Positions 23,101 through 34,499 of a stretch of 64,000 bases of DNA are shown piece by piece. Made by a program: the position numbers and the translations under genes. The notes below the pieces were generated by a model. It ran no database searches and had not been told where the DNA came from. It saw only the letters and a list, made by a program, of their open reading frames with translations. Source of the stretch: Phoronis australis (taxonomy: Eukaryota; Animalia; Phoronida); contig NMRA01000136.1 in assembly GCA_002633005.1 (NCBI GenBank), forward strand, positions 361,657 through 425,656, written 5' to 3'. Position 1 is the first letter of the stretch. Every line of letters begins with the position of its first letter.

Positions 23101-26100
23101 GGCAGTATCAATAGCAATTCTACCTGCATGTGGGAACATTATTCCACTGATGCCCATGTGTTGGTGAATAGCCTTCGGGTTACAATTTACATAGATGTCT
23201 TCATAAGCATCTCTTGGCACGTGCAGTTACTTTTTGCAAATGATTTCTTTGTTGCCCTCTACTGTTTTAGAATTCTGGGATTTAGAATAACTTATTTTAA
23301 TTTTGTTAGTGTCTGTAACCAATTATTAATAAAGTAGAATTCTGTTGTTGATGTATCTACATTGTACTTTTGAGTTTTGCTAGTTTTAGAGCAGTTTGCA
23401 TATTAGAGAAAATCTTTTCTAAGCCTGGTATTGATGTTTCTTGTCGGGACCAAAATACTTAAATTTGCTTGTCCATTTTGCAGTATGACTTCAAAACAGT
23501 TAATGTTATCAGCAGGGCGGAGTATGAGAACTTGACCCCGACAGCGACCCCTGTCAAGTCAGAGCAGACTCCGCCTCCTCCCCCGCCCCCTTTACATACA
23601 GCAACAGGTTAGTCTTTCTTTATTGATTTGAACTAAGTTATTGAAGTGCTTAAGACTCATTAGTGTTGAGGTAATGCTTTAATTACGTGTAATTGCTCAT
23701 CTTATCTGAAGTTTTGTTGTTCACTGTGTTCTCACTATTGATGTCGCTGTATCTTTTTATCGGTTACTAGCAACACCGTTACATTCAAAGTTGTTTAGGA
23801 CCATCAATAAATCAGCATTCAGCCTATATCTGTTGGAAAACTATTAAGTCCACCTCAGTAAGAATAGAAACTCTGTGGAATTTGCTTTTTAGTTTTACCA
23901 ATTTGCCGTTGATAAAGTCATATGACCATGTTTAACAGAAAAGAAAGTCGCATTCAAAACCAAACAAAGGCGTCAATAACATGACCATATTTTGTTTGAC
24001 GTAAATGTTCAAGATGGAATCTCGATAAACTGTTGCAGTTTCTAAATTGCATTTTTTTATTCTACTTTGAAGTTTTTCATAAAATTCATAGAAGTCCTGT
24101 TTTTGATATGCCTTCTTGCAAAAGTGGATCATTTTAAAAATGGCTCCTTGCAGGTTTTTGGGGAACAGTACATAAAGTGTGCTATCTGAAAGTTCATTAG
24201 AATCCAATCCGCCATTTCTGAGTTAGCCAAATTTGGACTAAAAAAGCCAGTGACAGTGATATATTTCCAGCTGTCCCAAACATTTCATGATGGTTGATAG
24301 CCTACAACTCGACTTTGCTTCTTCAGATTGCCCTTTTCTTTTTGTTATAATTTTTGTTTTCTCACAGAACCCAAGTCAGTGGTTATCCAGCCCACACATG
24401 AGGCAAACACCGTGCCTGAGATGTCTCGGTCACTGCCAGCTCACATACCTGACACCAACGCCACGGCAGGTGCCAAGCCCAAGACCCCTCGCACACCTCG
24501 CACACCCAAAACACCACGGTCGACGGACCCCAATAAGGAGCCTCGCTTCTACCCAGTCATGAAGGACACCAGTAAACCACCAGATCCACAGGTAAGTCTG
24601 TTCTCCAGTTTTCTTCTTACGCAAAAGACTTGCATTAGTTTCCTAAGTTGTAACTTGTTCCGGGCTCAGCTTCTCAGAACCCAAAACGAGTAATAAAACA
24701 ATTGTTTTCTCTCCAGCCAGGACTATTAGAGGAGAATGTCACCCAAAAAACAACCTATTTTGTATCAATTTAGATCGAGTAGTTCTACTCGATAACGGCA
24801 CGTTCGGTTGCGTCACCTGACACCTGACCTCAGACGGAGGTGTTGAAATTATCCAATGACATCGTTGGTTTCACACGCAGTCTGTTCAGCAGTTCACAAC
24901 AAGGGGTACTGGTGTCAGCTTATCGGTTGAATTCATTGTTTAACACCAATTAATCATCAAACTTCGATGTAAAACCCTTAAAAATAGACCGAGTTCTTAT
25001 AAAAATGTGTTGTTTTATTTCGCTGTTATGGATTTATTGGTATTTGGACACACCGTAGCCTACAAAGTTCGGCAGGCCAATTTACCAAGGTCTGTAGCAG
25101 GAGTTCGGGGTCTGTTCGGAGATGAATTTGAAGTATTCTTCCGTGAAATACAGACAGGAGAACCTAGATCTGTGTTGTTTTGACTTGTGATTTTTTGAGT
25201 TCTAAACACACAAAACGCTTGTTATCCCGGCCAGTGGCTCGGAACCCGACCAGGCCCGTCGCGGCTGCCAAGACTGGCACGAACATAAACCAGCTTGAGG
25301 TGGAAACTAAGCCTCCAGTCACGAAAAGACTAGAATAGTGAGGCAAAGAAATAATTTGCATGTGAACATTTATGTGAATTGGCCACGAAACTGAAAATAT
25401 ACTTCCTTGCTGGGGCCGCGAAGTCGGGTTCCCCTTCCACAGACCGTCAAGGGCAAAGGTCGAAAGGTTGTACAGTAACAATGATTTGAATAATGTATTT
25501 GTATTTCTAAATAAAGATTCCCCTAACATGTGACCATAGCATATAAAATCGAGTGATTGTTTCACAACAGCTTTCTGTCAACAAACGCAGAATTAGCATG
25601 CGCTCACACAGCCTAGGCGCCCAGTCAATTACTTTTATTGCCGACATCAAAAGCCGGTAACACAGTGGTTTATTCATTGCTAGCTTCTCAACATTTGCAC
25701 TCACGAATACTGAAAAGACAGTACAAATTGTATTTAATGAGACAGACTTTTTTCAGTTTTATATAAGCATTGGTTAGGATGAGAATAATTCATTTTGAAA
25801 CAGAACGCAGAATAATAAACGTCTACATGGCAACTCGCCCGTCGCCAATCCCGACTTAGTCAAGAGCTCATCCTACGAAAACTTCACGGGGTCGGATTGT
25901 TAGGTTTCACAGGCTATCAGTTCGAACCGGAATACACTGATCAAGAAATACTAGAGGGGCGCCGTGAACATGCACAGGCAATGGAACATATGGATAGTTC
26001 TTTGGTAAGCCGGCATTCGTCAGAGAATTAACTATCGACGAAATGCCACTTTCTAAGCATTTCGGTCTCTCGAGTCTAAAAAGCAATATACCCGCTTTCC

Positions 26101-29100
26101 TCTCAGTTTCATAGTTTGGACAAGCGGGAACGATGCACTGCAATATAGCGGCATTCACCTTCCTCACAGGTAAACTCGACACCTCTCGGCAAGGTGAGGT
26201 TGACCGTATAAGAGGCGATGTGGATATAGAGCAAATAAGACGGTAAAAAAGACTAATTAAATCGGGTGGCATTCTCCTATAAAGCCTTTGTTAATCCATG
26301 ATAAGTCACCCAGTCCAGCTATTAAGATGGTTGCATGACTAAAGCAGTATTCACAAAAAACAAACTGCTTTTATTGATCTTGGATATCAATTTCAAAGGG
26401 CTTTTAAAATGTGTGTGAAGACACGCTTGAACTACAACCATCTGAGGCACTATGCAGACTAGTTACCCCTCCAAGCTCCAAATGTCCTGTGGCTTTTGTG
26501 GGGGAGGGGGAGCATTTAAATGGGCTAAATTCATATTTTTTATTCATAAGCTCAGGAAAGATCTTTGTGTAGTTTAGTTTTATTTCTCTTGTTATGGAGA
26601 CCATGTGTAAGTCCAGTTTGGCAACTTGTTCATTTAAAACTTGGTTTGGCGGAGGTTTTCAGGTGTTTATTATAGTTGATTCCTTGAATAAATTTGGCAA
26701 CGTTGTTTTTCAGACACCTCGCAAACGCAAGACTAAGCACAGTTCTCACCCAGTCGTAGAAAGTCACGTGGGATGGGTGATGGACTCGCGCGAGCACAGG
26801 CCTCGCACTGTATCCACCTCCAGCCATGTTTCACAGAGGTAATGTACTACATAGTGGCAGTTCTTGAGTTCTATGTGGAGGAACATCATTTAACTATTGA
26901 ACCTTTATGTTGCTGGCTTTCAGAAGAATTCATATTTCATACTTTGTCATTTCAATTGTCGAGTCCAGTATCAAGTAAAATTAGGTGGCTTCGCAACTTT
27001 TTAGTTATATTGAAGAGTAAGTCGAGACATTCACAAATTGTATCAGTAGACTTCAAGTTGTGTCTCAACCCAGTTCGAAATCTAGACATAATGGAAAGTG
27101 AATTTTGTTGGATAGCCCCGTGAGGGATGTATCGCGGGGATTAATTGACAATTTCACTCCACAATATAATATTCTCGGTGTTTAAGTTGCGATGGCTTAA
27201 CCTAAGTTTAACTTAATATTTGAAGTGAATGTACTGGTGCAGACCCTATGTCCATTTTTTGATGTCACCGAGTCCTCTATCCTAGGATTGGAAGCCATTT
27301 CACTCAATGCGTATCTTTTGCTCAACAGCCCGTCAGAAAGCCAGATATCGACGAGCTACGGCAGCGCCCCTCATCACTTCCCTCACTTCCAACACGCATC
27401 ACACGAACTGCTGAAAGAAACTGGTTTTGTCTGGCATGTCTATCACAAGTACCACGCCAGATGTCTCAAGGGTGAGTATGTTTGAAAGGAGGTGGGCAGA
27501 GATAGAAGACGAGGGTGGAGTCTTAGTCTTTGGCGGTGTGTATATGCTAAGTTTGTGATGGTCCTTGATTATCAGTACTGGCAAAGAGTGGTTAAGTCTG
27601 TGCTTGTTTGCTGTGCTTTAGCAGCAGTAAGGGTTTCAGTTGGAGTTGTAAAACCAAATGGATTTGAAATAAAGTTTTGAGGGTTGTAGGTTATGTAATG
27701 TGTTGGGGGTGGTGACTGATGTCATAGGTGAAGTGTCACTGTGGCAAGATGCAATTACTTGGATGTCTGTATTTGCAGAGTTGCAATATATCTCATGGTG
27801 TGGGAAATGTAATGTTATGGTAATAGTAAAGTTTGGAAGCCATGAAGGTCTGAGTCGAGTTCAAGAATGCTAGCACCCCGCTAGAAGAGCAAGATTTTGT
27901 GACATTACGAGATATGTTGTCCTTTGTTTTCAGAGAGAGCACTTGATTTTGGCTTGATTTTTCTCGCAGCGAGGCAGCTGTTAAACTCTACCGTGATGTC
28001 AGTGTACACTTTTTCCATTACAGAACGTAAGAAGCTTGGCGTTGGCCACTCTCAAGAGATGAATACACTGTTTAGGTTCTGGTCCTTCTTCCTGCGCCAA
28101 CATTTCAATAAGAAGATGTACAATGAATTCCGCGTACTGGCTCACGAAGATGGCAGGGCAGGTTACAGGTACGTAGAACCCTTATGCATATAGTAAAGTC
28201 TGAGTGGCAAGTGAACTGACCATCCCAGTTTCGCTTTTTATCAACCAAATGGATTATTGGAACAAGCGCAGTTAGGCCACGCCCAACATTGTGATAGACA
28301 GGTGTTTAACTGCAGAAGTGTTGTTCTACGAAAAGACGAGGTAGGCAGAAATTGTATACAAGTTCTTTTGACAGTGTAAAAAGATTAGCAAATAGTCATT
28401 TAAGAACATGTGCAAAGTATGAAAGCGGTAAAAGTGACACGTATCACATTTGCATGTAGTGTAAGCAATTATGTTTCCACTAATAGTACGGCAACCATAG
28501 TTAGTGTTGCAAAGTCCCACCAAAGCAAATATGGTGTAAGTATTCCGCAGGCGTACCACAGCAGCCATTACTGTTTGGCTGGTTGTGGTATCGTGTGCAG
28601 CCTTACATGCTTAACAGGCTCTAAGGTTGGAATCAACACAGCTGTATTTCATGGTTAAACTCTGGATTCCAATCATAGATTACTAACACAATCGCATCAA
28701 CTGAGCTTCATTCAGTCGTGAGATTAATTCAATCAGCTCAGTGCCTTGACTGCCCATGTAGTTGTTTTGTATTGCAGATTAATTTTGGTGACATGATTTG
28801 GTGCACTGGTGTGCTATTTTGAAGCATGAATAAGAATGAAAATGAACTGTCTTCATACGTCTAGGCAGTGTTAAGTTTTATTAGTAGGAACTAGTCGCCT
28901 ATTTTTGGGACTAGGGGGACATTAACAGCAATGTCGTGTATATGACATTAGCAGTCGTAGTCTGATTTGTGCTAGCAGAACTAGAAGTCCACATTTCAAG
29001 TAACAGAGTTTTATCGGTGTATTGAACTGGTAAGGTCAGGGTCTCCAAATTTGGATGACTGGAAGCCTGTGTCAGGAATTGGCATTTTCTAAAAATGAAT

Positions 29101-30582
29101 TTGCTTTTTTATCCTGTTGTCTAACTTTTTAAGAGTGGCAAATTTTTTCCTTGCTATTTTACATGTAAGGTTTGTGCCTAATCACATAACCTGGAAATAG
29201 GTTTGTACTGTGTGCATGTGCTTAACTTGTGAAAGGAAATAGTTGCTTGTCACTACTGGCTTGAACTTGTGTGTTCACGCTAGGCAACAGTTTCCGAGAG
29301 TAACCTGGTCGATCAGACAGATGCAGTCTCTTAACCATGGGATTGTGTTTCGAATGAGACAAACACATATCTTGCTGTTGGCATACCTTTGTTTATACAA
29401 TTTGGAGGCCTTCTGCCTCTGTATTCTTAGCCTGTTGCCAAGGGTTACTTATTGTTAAGTACTTAGCACGATTTCACTCGTTACACAGTGACAGTGGCTC
29501 TATATCTAAGAGGTAAATTAATTGAGATCTTGCATAATGGTATCTTTATCTCTTCAAATTCTCGAGGCTTGTTGAGCGCATGCCTGTGTTAAGGTTTTGC
29601 CTTTTGCTTACTGTAAGTATTTGAATTTTGATTTCATCCTAGGTATGGCTTGGAGTGTCTGTTTCGGTTCTACAGCTACGGCTTAGAGAAGCGGTTCCGA
29701 CCGGATGTTTATAAAGACTTCCAAGAAGACACGCTCACTGATCAAGAGAGCGGTGAGTTGAGAGAGAGCCCTGGGCTTTAGTAGGGGTGGGGTGTGGGTG
29801 CTGTACAGTTAAAGTAAATGTTTAAAGCCCATTACCAGTAACACTAACTCTCCCATGTGTGCTACCCTGGCGGGAAACAGCAGAATGCTTTCGTTTGTTA
29901 ACTAAGTACCATAGGGTGTGATTGAAAAGCTGTGAATTACCAATGTGACGTTTCTGATTTATCTTTAATTCTACATCTCCAGAGATGATGAAACATGTGT
30001 TTCTGGTGGGGAATAGAATTACGTTTTTGAATTATTGTAGGTTTTAGGACTTTAGTAAGCTACGTTGTTCTTATTATTTTTGTTTATCGCTAGTGTTTTC
30101 TGTACGTAAATATTGTGAATGTAGTCTTGACTTGTGTTTCAGGTCAACTTTATGGTCTTGAGAAGTTCTGGGCCTACCTTAAATACTCCAAGAGGACTGT
30201 TGAGGTTGACCCCAAGCTGAAAACCTTGTTATCCAAGTATAAAACTGCCCACGACTTCCGGGTGGAGCCTCCGGTAAGTCAGTGGGAGGGGCGTATGTGG
30301 TGTTTCTGATTGACAAGTTGTTGGTGATGTTCTAATGTATGCGTTAGGGGTGGAGCCTTCGGTAATGTGGTTGTAGGAGTTTTCTAGTGAAAGCGTTTTA
30401 TAAAATTCAAGCTTCAATTTATATGTAGTGATTAAGTGAATATATATAATTTATGTTTACAGCAAGCAGCCACAGAGGGTGCTGCCAAACATGGTGCTGG
30501 TGATGTTCATGTCAAATCTACCGACACTGGTAAACAGTCGACCTCTAGGAAAGGAGTCACGGGGTCGGGCGATGCCAAGTAG
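1888..30582 (+). CDS. LARP1: La-related protein 1 (LARP1), multi-exon, 5' end probably upstream of window. Coding exons: 1888-2116, 11697-11822, 13501-13656, 16257-16416, 17360-17504, 18744-18975, 19464-19666, 20078-20187, 22799-23012, 23484-23607, 24368-24591, 26714-26838, 27329-27471, 28024-28168, 29643-29752, 30143-30273, 30463-30582
   Basis: All introns are GT-AG and exon phases join into one open frame. Peptides recognised: KKG|[10 protein letters not shown] repeats, La motif [24 protein letters not shown]...[50 protein letters not shown], and DM15 repeats [16 protein letters not shown] / [16 protein letters not shown] / [15 protein letters not shown]. Confidence 0.95.
2680..4194. mobile_element. 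Longer, diverged relative of the CAGGGCTTGGAA MITE (left TIR lost)
   Basis: 2680-2860 and ~3020-3080 align with 350-670; ends gggtcattccaagccctg at 4194. Confidence 0.6.
7937..8012. mobile_element. ~80-bp hairpin MITE, copy 1
   Basis: tgtgcccacattttgataaccagttt-loop-aaactggttctcaagatatg. Confidence 0.7.
8842..9443. mobile_element. Tc1/mariner/pogo-type non-autonomous element with HIRAN-like cargo (left end uncertain)
   Basis: Right end ggcgcttatttgagcgaataccgta with subterminal GGGCGCTTAT repeats; imperfect left end tacggtatt...aaataagtgcc; TA termini. Confidence 0.5.
9018..9275 (+). pseudogene. Degenerate HIRAN-like domain ORF
   Basis: With frameshifts and a stop: [51 protein letters not shown]...[13 protein letters not shown]. 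Confidence 0.65.
11697..11822 (+). CDS. LARP1: LARP1 exon (KWVPL motif)
   Basis: ccgcag|GG CCG AAA CAG AAA TGG GTT CCC; donor G|gtaatg. Confidence 0.88.
13165..13427. repeat. 29-bp minisatellite, ~9 copies
   Basis: Unit TGTACTGTAGATGGCGGGCAGATAGGTGA. Confidence 0.95.
13501..13656 (+). CDS. LARP1: LARP1 exon (RG/RGG repeat)
   Basis: ttgcag acceptor; [21 protein letters not shown]; donor A|gtaagt. Confidence 0.9.
14266..14345 (+). ncRNA. Intronic box C/D snoRNA, SNORD52/snR78-like, copy 1
   Basis: C box ATGATGA 14271-14277; guide GGACTAGAGTC; D' CAGA 14303-14306; C' GTGACGA; D box CTGA 14337-14340. Confidence 0.8.
14558..14642 (+). ncRNA. Possible additional box C/D snoRNA
   Basis: TGATGA 14561-14566 and CTGA 14636-14639; TCCATTCATG just upstream of the D box is antisense to the conserved LSU rRNA sequence CAUGAAUGGA. 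Confidence 0.3.
14722..14788. repeat. 33-bp tandem duplication
   Basis: cgagttaagaccagtgtattacattgggatggt x2. Confidence 0.9.
16257..16416 (+). CDS. LARP1: LARP1 exon (start of La motif)
   Basis: tttcag acceptor; ...[10 protein letters not shown]; donor gtaagt. Confidence 0.92.
17360..17504 (+). CDS. LARP1: LARP1 exon (La motif core)
   Basis: [42 protein letters not shown]; donor gtaagc. Confidence 0.95.
17551..17634. mobile_element. ~80-bp hairpin MITE, copy 2
   Basis: tataacgtgaccgcagtttgagaaccagttt...aaactggttctcaaattatggacacaatata. Confidence 0.75.
18340..18425 (+). ncRNA. Intronic box C/D snoRNA, SNORD52/snR78-like, copy 2
   Basis: C box 18349-18355; guide GGACTAGAGTC-T-CAGA; C' TTGATGA; D box 18414-18417; terminal stem GTGAGT/ACTCAC. 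Confidence 0.88.
18744..18975 (+). CDS. LARP1: LARP1 exon (end of La motif, PAM2-like motif)
   Basis: [10 protein letters not shown]...PEKWP...[12 protein letters not shown]; donor G|gtatgt. Confidence 0.9.
19247..19330 (+). ncRNA. Intronic box C/D snoRNA, SNORD52/snR78-like, copy 3
   Basis: C box 19255-19261; same guide; C' TTGATGA; D box 19321-19324; terminal stem ACAGCA/TGCTGT. Confidence 0.88.
19464..19666 (+). CDS. LARP1: LARP1 exon
   Basis: ctag acceptor; LSSSLP...EWMQVKRK; donor CAG|gtgggt (an in-frame alternative donor at 19696 is possible). Confidence 0.85.
20078..20187 (+). CDS. LARP1: LARP1 exon
   Basis: [11 protein letters not shown]...GRKNTFTDW; donor gtcagt. Confidence 0.92.
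20621..21887 (+). mobile_element. Complete Helentron/HINE (DINE-1-like) non-autonomous element; contains an N-gap
   Basis: Left hairpin atgcgcccacat/atgtggacgcat; (GTCC)-type microsatellite; core repeats with ttcatgaaatttgg; right subTIR gtgggcgcat plus palindrome caacgc-tcc-gcgttg; no TSD. Confidence 0.8.
21083..21445. other. Assembly gap
   Basis: N run. Confidence 1.
22799..23012 (+). CDS. LARP1: LARP1 exon
   Basis: [29 protein letters not shown]...[13 protein letters not shown]. Confidence 0.93.
23484..23607 (+). CDS. LARP1: LARP1 exon
   Basis: [19 protein letters not shown]...PPPPPP; donor G|gttagt. Confidence 0.9.
24368..24591 (+). CDS. LARP1: LARP1 exon
   Basis: MSRSLP...TPRTPRTP...PRFYPVMKD; donor gtaagt. 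Confidence 0.92.
24730..26278 (-). mobile_element. Kolobok-like non-autonomous DNA transposon with THAP remnant
   Basis: TIRs AGGAGAATGTCACCC / GGGTGGCATTCTCCT; flanks ttag and ataa (degenerate TTAA); minus-strand THAP-like CIVPACPN...LLFRL..RKW...ICS at ~25980-26145. Confidence 0.65.
26714..26838 (+). CDS. LARP1: LARP1 exon
   Basis: [31 protein letters not shown]; donor gtaatg. Confidence 0.93.
27329..27471 (+). CDS. LARP1: LARP1 exon (DM15 region start)
   Basis: [28 protein letters not shown]; donor gtgagt. Confidence 0.94.
28024..28168 (+). CDS. LARP1: LARP1 exon (DM15)
   Basis: [36 protein letters not shown]. Confidence 0.95.
29643..29752 (+). CDS. LARP1: LARP1 exon (DM15)
   Basis: [31 protein letters not shown]. 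Confidence 0.95.
30143..30273 (+). CDS. LARP1: LARP1 exon (DM15 end)
   Basis: [17 protein letters not shown]...DFRVEPP; donor gtaagt. Confidence 0.95.
30463..30582 (+). CDS. LARP1: LARP1 last coding exon
   Basis: tttacag acceptor; 39 open codons ending SGDAK-TAG. Confidence 0.75.
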   Translation, partial: QAATEGAAKHGAGDVHVKSTDTGKQSTSRKGVTGSGDAK

Positions 30583-31082
30583 GCGGGACCATATCATGTG
30601 CAAAAGACTTGTAAACATACTGTGTATGTGAATGGCGATAGGACATGTGACAAAGAAAGGAACTCTGATTGGCTGATAGACACCATTTCAGTGGATGTTG
30701 ATTGACATGTGACTGAAAATGACAGTTAAATATCGTACAATTGACATGATTCTTTGTTTTGGTGGCAGTTTATTGTGAATATTTTTTGATTGTTGAATAA
30801 TTGTGATCACCGATTATTAATTATTGCTAACTAGTCTGGTAAATTTAACCTGCTTGTACATTTAATGACGTTGTTTAACTTTAAAAAATGAAGAAAAACT
30901 ATATATTTTTCAAATCATATTAGTTCAGGAAAATGCTTTGTTCATGCTTTGTTTTGCTGCAAGAGATTGTCTTAATGCAGAGTTTTAAAAACCCAAAAGA
31001 TTGGTTTTACATTTTACTAAGAGTTGATTTGGTTTGGGTGTGATATTTCTGATTCTGTTCATTTAGTGGCAATAATCAGACA

Positions 31083-31156
31083 TAACGTGCCCACATTTTG
31101 AGTACCAGTTTTCTCTGAATAACAGGCATCAAACTGGTTCTCAAAACGGCACGTTT
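31083..31156. mobile_element. ~80-bp hairpin MITE, copy 3 (in putative LARP1 3'UTR)
   Basis: taacgtgcccacattttgagtaccagttt...aaactggttctcaaaacggcacgtt. Confidence 0.75.
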
Positions 31157-34146
31157 TATTTGACTATTGCCCATTTAACTATCTTGGTATGATCTCGAAC
31201 TTAATGCATGTTGAAGTGCTAACTGGTTGACATGTGTTACGATGGGAAGTTTTGAGTGTGAAAAGAATTTCTTTGTTTAGAAAGCCACTTTGTTCAGCAA
31301 ACTTCGTATGAGAGCTGTCGTTTAAAACCTTTTGGTCTTGTGCCAACTATTTAGACAAACTGGCTGCATCAGAAATTAAAGGTTGAAGTTACGTCCTCAT
31401 TTTGGTCTTATTTTAGACTGAATTTGGATGTCAAAATAGTCCATGTATTGACCAAATATCCTGGTATATCTTGGTCAACTAATTGTTTAAGTCGCTGTTG
31501 CAGCCGTTTCACAGCTTGCTGCATAAAATTGCAGCTGTTATATACACTATGCAGTGTCTGCATGATTTGTGTTACACCAAGCAGACACAGTTGACCTGTT
31601 GTATGAGAAAAGGCTGCAACTGGTACTTTTACTGCTTGCTGTGGGCCAGGCTTTGAGATTAAGAGCAAGGGTTGGTTCTACAAGCGTTGTGTCACACGAC
31701 ATACCCATTCTTCTGCCAATTTCTCTGTAAGGGAGACTGCAATGCCTTTGGGTCGTAATATCACAGTTGGAGCATGTTCATGAACTTGGATTATCCTCCC
31801 CAAATGTTACTGTAAGTCATGTGGATTAGAACTGTTAATCGGGTTACAGGGATGACACCCGTTGCTTGTTATGTGGTTGTTGGAAGTGGTGCATACCAAC
31901 TCATTATTGATCATGGAGAAAGGTTCATTCTATTGGGTCATTGCTGTTGCATATATTATGCATGTTGTTCCAGTTCTTTAGCTATAGTTTTACTATTGGT
32001 TTTATGTTAGCGTAGCAGAGGATTTTGACTCATCGTTATTATTACTAGTAATATCGTTATTGTTATGTAATCATTTGGGACCTGGGGTTTAATCTTTGCA
32101 CTTGAAACGCGACTGGAAAATTGGCCTATTGTGTGGTCTGCTTTGATTTAAGTTGCAAACGTGTACTCTAATCATGCGAGGTGATTGGTTGAGTTTGGGG
32201 TCCTAGTCGAGTTTTAAGTTGCGAGATAAGACAATGGTACCAGTGTGTGATTGATTTGCATATTTTCTTTTTGTGTGTGCTTGTGTGTGTATATGTTAGG
32301 GATGTTTTATTTCAATGTTTTGAGCCTGGATATTAGCTTGTTAGGGTGATGCATGTTGCCCCTTACCATTTGTCTCTTCATAGCATTTCACCCCTTGTCA
32401 GAAACACAGACAATGTTCGGTGCCTCTGTTAACATCAGCTTCGTAATCAGTGCCATACCAAATATGTTATGAATGACAAGCAACCTGTGGCGAGGATGTT
32501 ATGCCGTACTTGAAACTTGACTAAAAACTTGACCACTTACATGGCAAGTTACGAGTAAACTTGGTCTAAAAAGTTAAACTCTACTCATGCAGTGTGATTT
32601 GTTAAGGTTTGAGTCTTTGTATTCGGATATAGCATCCCAAACTTTGGTGTTGTATGTGTCTTATTGACACTAATTGAAGGACACTTGTGTGCTGTGAATT
32701 AGAATTCCTGGGATGAGAACATTTTTGTGGTTATGGGCATCTTGCATGGGTGGCGCAGCACTGAAGTAAGTGCCCCATGGTGAAATAAGTTGGGAGCCAT
32801 ACCCCCCAGCCCCCCTATGGTGTGCCGCCCATGTCTTGTACGTAGTCCCGTTCTCATTATTGGGCATTCTCATTCCTTACACCATATGGCACTGTACTAT
32901 GTCTTTCACAGCCAATAGGAAGCCACCAGGTGTGGTTCATGACTGCCAACTTCCTATTTTTGATTTTGTTGGTCCGAAAGTGATAGCAATTTTCCCAATG
33001 AAAGCAGAGGACTTGCGGAGTTATTTCAAGAAAAAATGAATCTGTCATTAAGGGTGATGGATTCTACCTCATTTTGGGCTATTTGTGTTACATGGTACAA
33101 GACGATCATCGGTGGGCTTTGACACTGTTCTGGCCTTATTTATACTCCAAATGTTCACCTTTGATATGCTGTTTGCATGCGGAGTTTGAATACTACCTGA
33201 CTTCAGTTTTATCTGTATGTATTTGCTGGCAATTTAGCATTTCATCGTCATTATTTAGTCAAGTAATCATGAAAATAGTTTGAAGATGCTTTATCTCATG
33301 CAAACCTTGATTATGCAACTTATAACATGCGCTGCAGGTGAATTCTGAAGAAATTTCATATTGAAATTAAGTACGTGAAGAGACATTTTAGTCATGAACC
33401 GTGACTGATACAACTACTTTATCATTACTGCTCAAAGCAATATTAACACATGCTAAGCAGTCCACTAAGATGACCATTTGGTAAAGAATGAAATTAGTTG
33501 ACACTCCATTTGGTAACAGTATAGTCTACAGGGATTGAGTTTTTCCGGGGATTCCTGTTTCAGTTAAGGAAGTGGGGTAAAATGTGAGCTAATCCTTGGA
33601 ACTTTCTGGGATTCCTAGTTCAGTTCATGGAGTATAGGCTAGAAGTGTCAACGTCTCGGAATTGACCCTCTTAGAGATGCCAAACTGTGTGTGTATTTCG
33701 TCTTCAAGTTTTGCCAGCTAGACGGTGATTTCTTAGATAGGCTGACATGAGTGATGGCAGCATTTGCGATTTACTACCGGTGTTTGTCGTGTGTGTGAAC
33801 TTCTTTCTAATACCTAGCCAACTACCGATGACTGTTTGCAGCTTCAGCACATGTCCAGGGTATCTTATACTGACCTTGCCAAACTTAAATACTTGCAAAA
33901 TCAGAGTTGTGCAAGATTTCAACTAAAGCCGGACCACAGTGGGCGCTAGATTCAAATTTATTTATGTATTCAAGGTTTTAATGAGATCTGGCATCTTTAA
34001 CAAATCTGTATATTGTGAAATGGAACAATTTCTGAAGATTTCATTCTATGCAATATTGTTTGGGTGCCTAGGTGTTACATCATACAGCCAGTGTATTGTC
34101 GTTAATAGAGGGATTGTCATTAACTTTTAATTTCAAATTCTAAAAA

Positions 34147-34152
34147 AATAAA
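34147..34152 (+). terminator. Candidate poly(A) signal of LARP1 (implies a ~3.6 kb 3'UTR)
   Basis: First clear AATAAA I see after the stop codon, followed by a GT-rich tract and then repeat DNA. Confidence 0.45.
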
Positions 34153-34499
34153 AAACCAAAAAAGTCTATTGTTGTCAGTTATACCGCCCGAGGTGTTTTT
34201 ATCTTATCCTTACAGCAGACCAGTTGTGAAGCTACACGAAGGTAGCAAGTGAAACTACAGTAATTTTTCAGATTTTTAAATTAAACCAGTTCAGCCATGC
34301 AGTGATGTTAGACTTGCTGAAACAGAGCCACACTCTGGTATACACTTGGGTGAACATGACAATGTTAGAGTGACCATTTTAGATGAGTGTGGTCGAAGTG
34401 TGGATAAAAAAAACATTACCGGAAGTTTGTGATAAGGGTGAAGATCAATAAGCTTGGACCAGGTCAACAGCGCGAGATGAATCATTTTTACTCTTCTCT

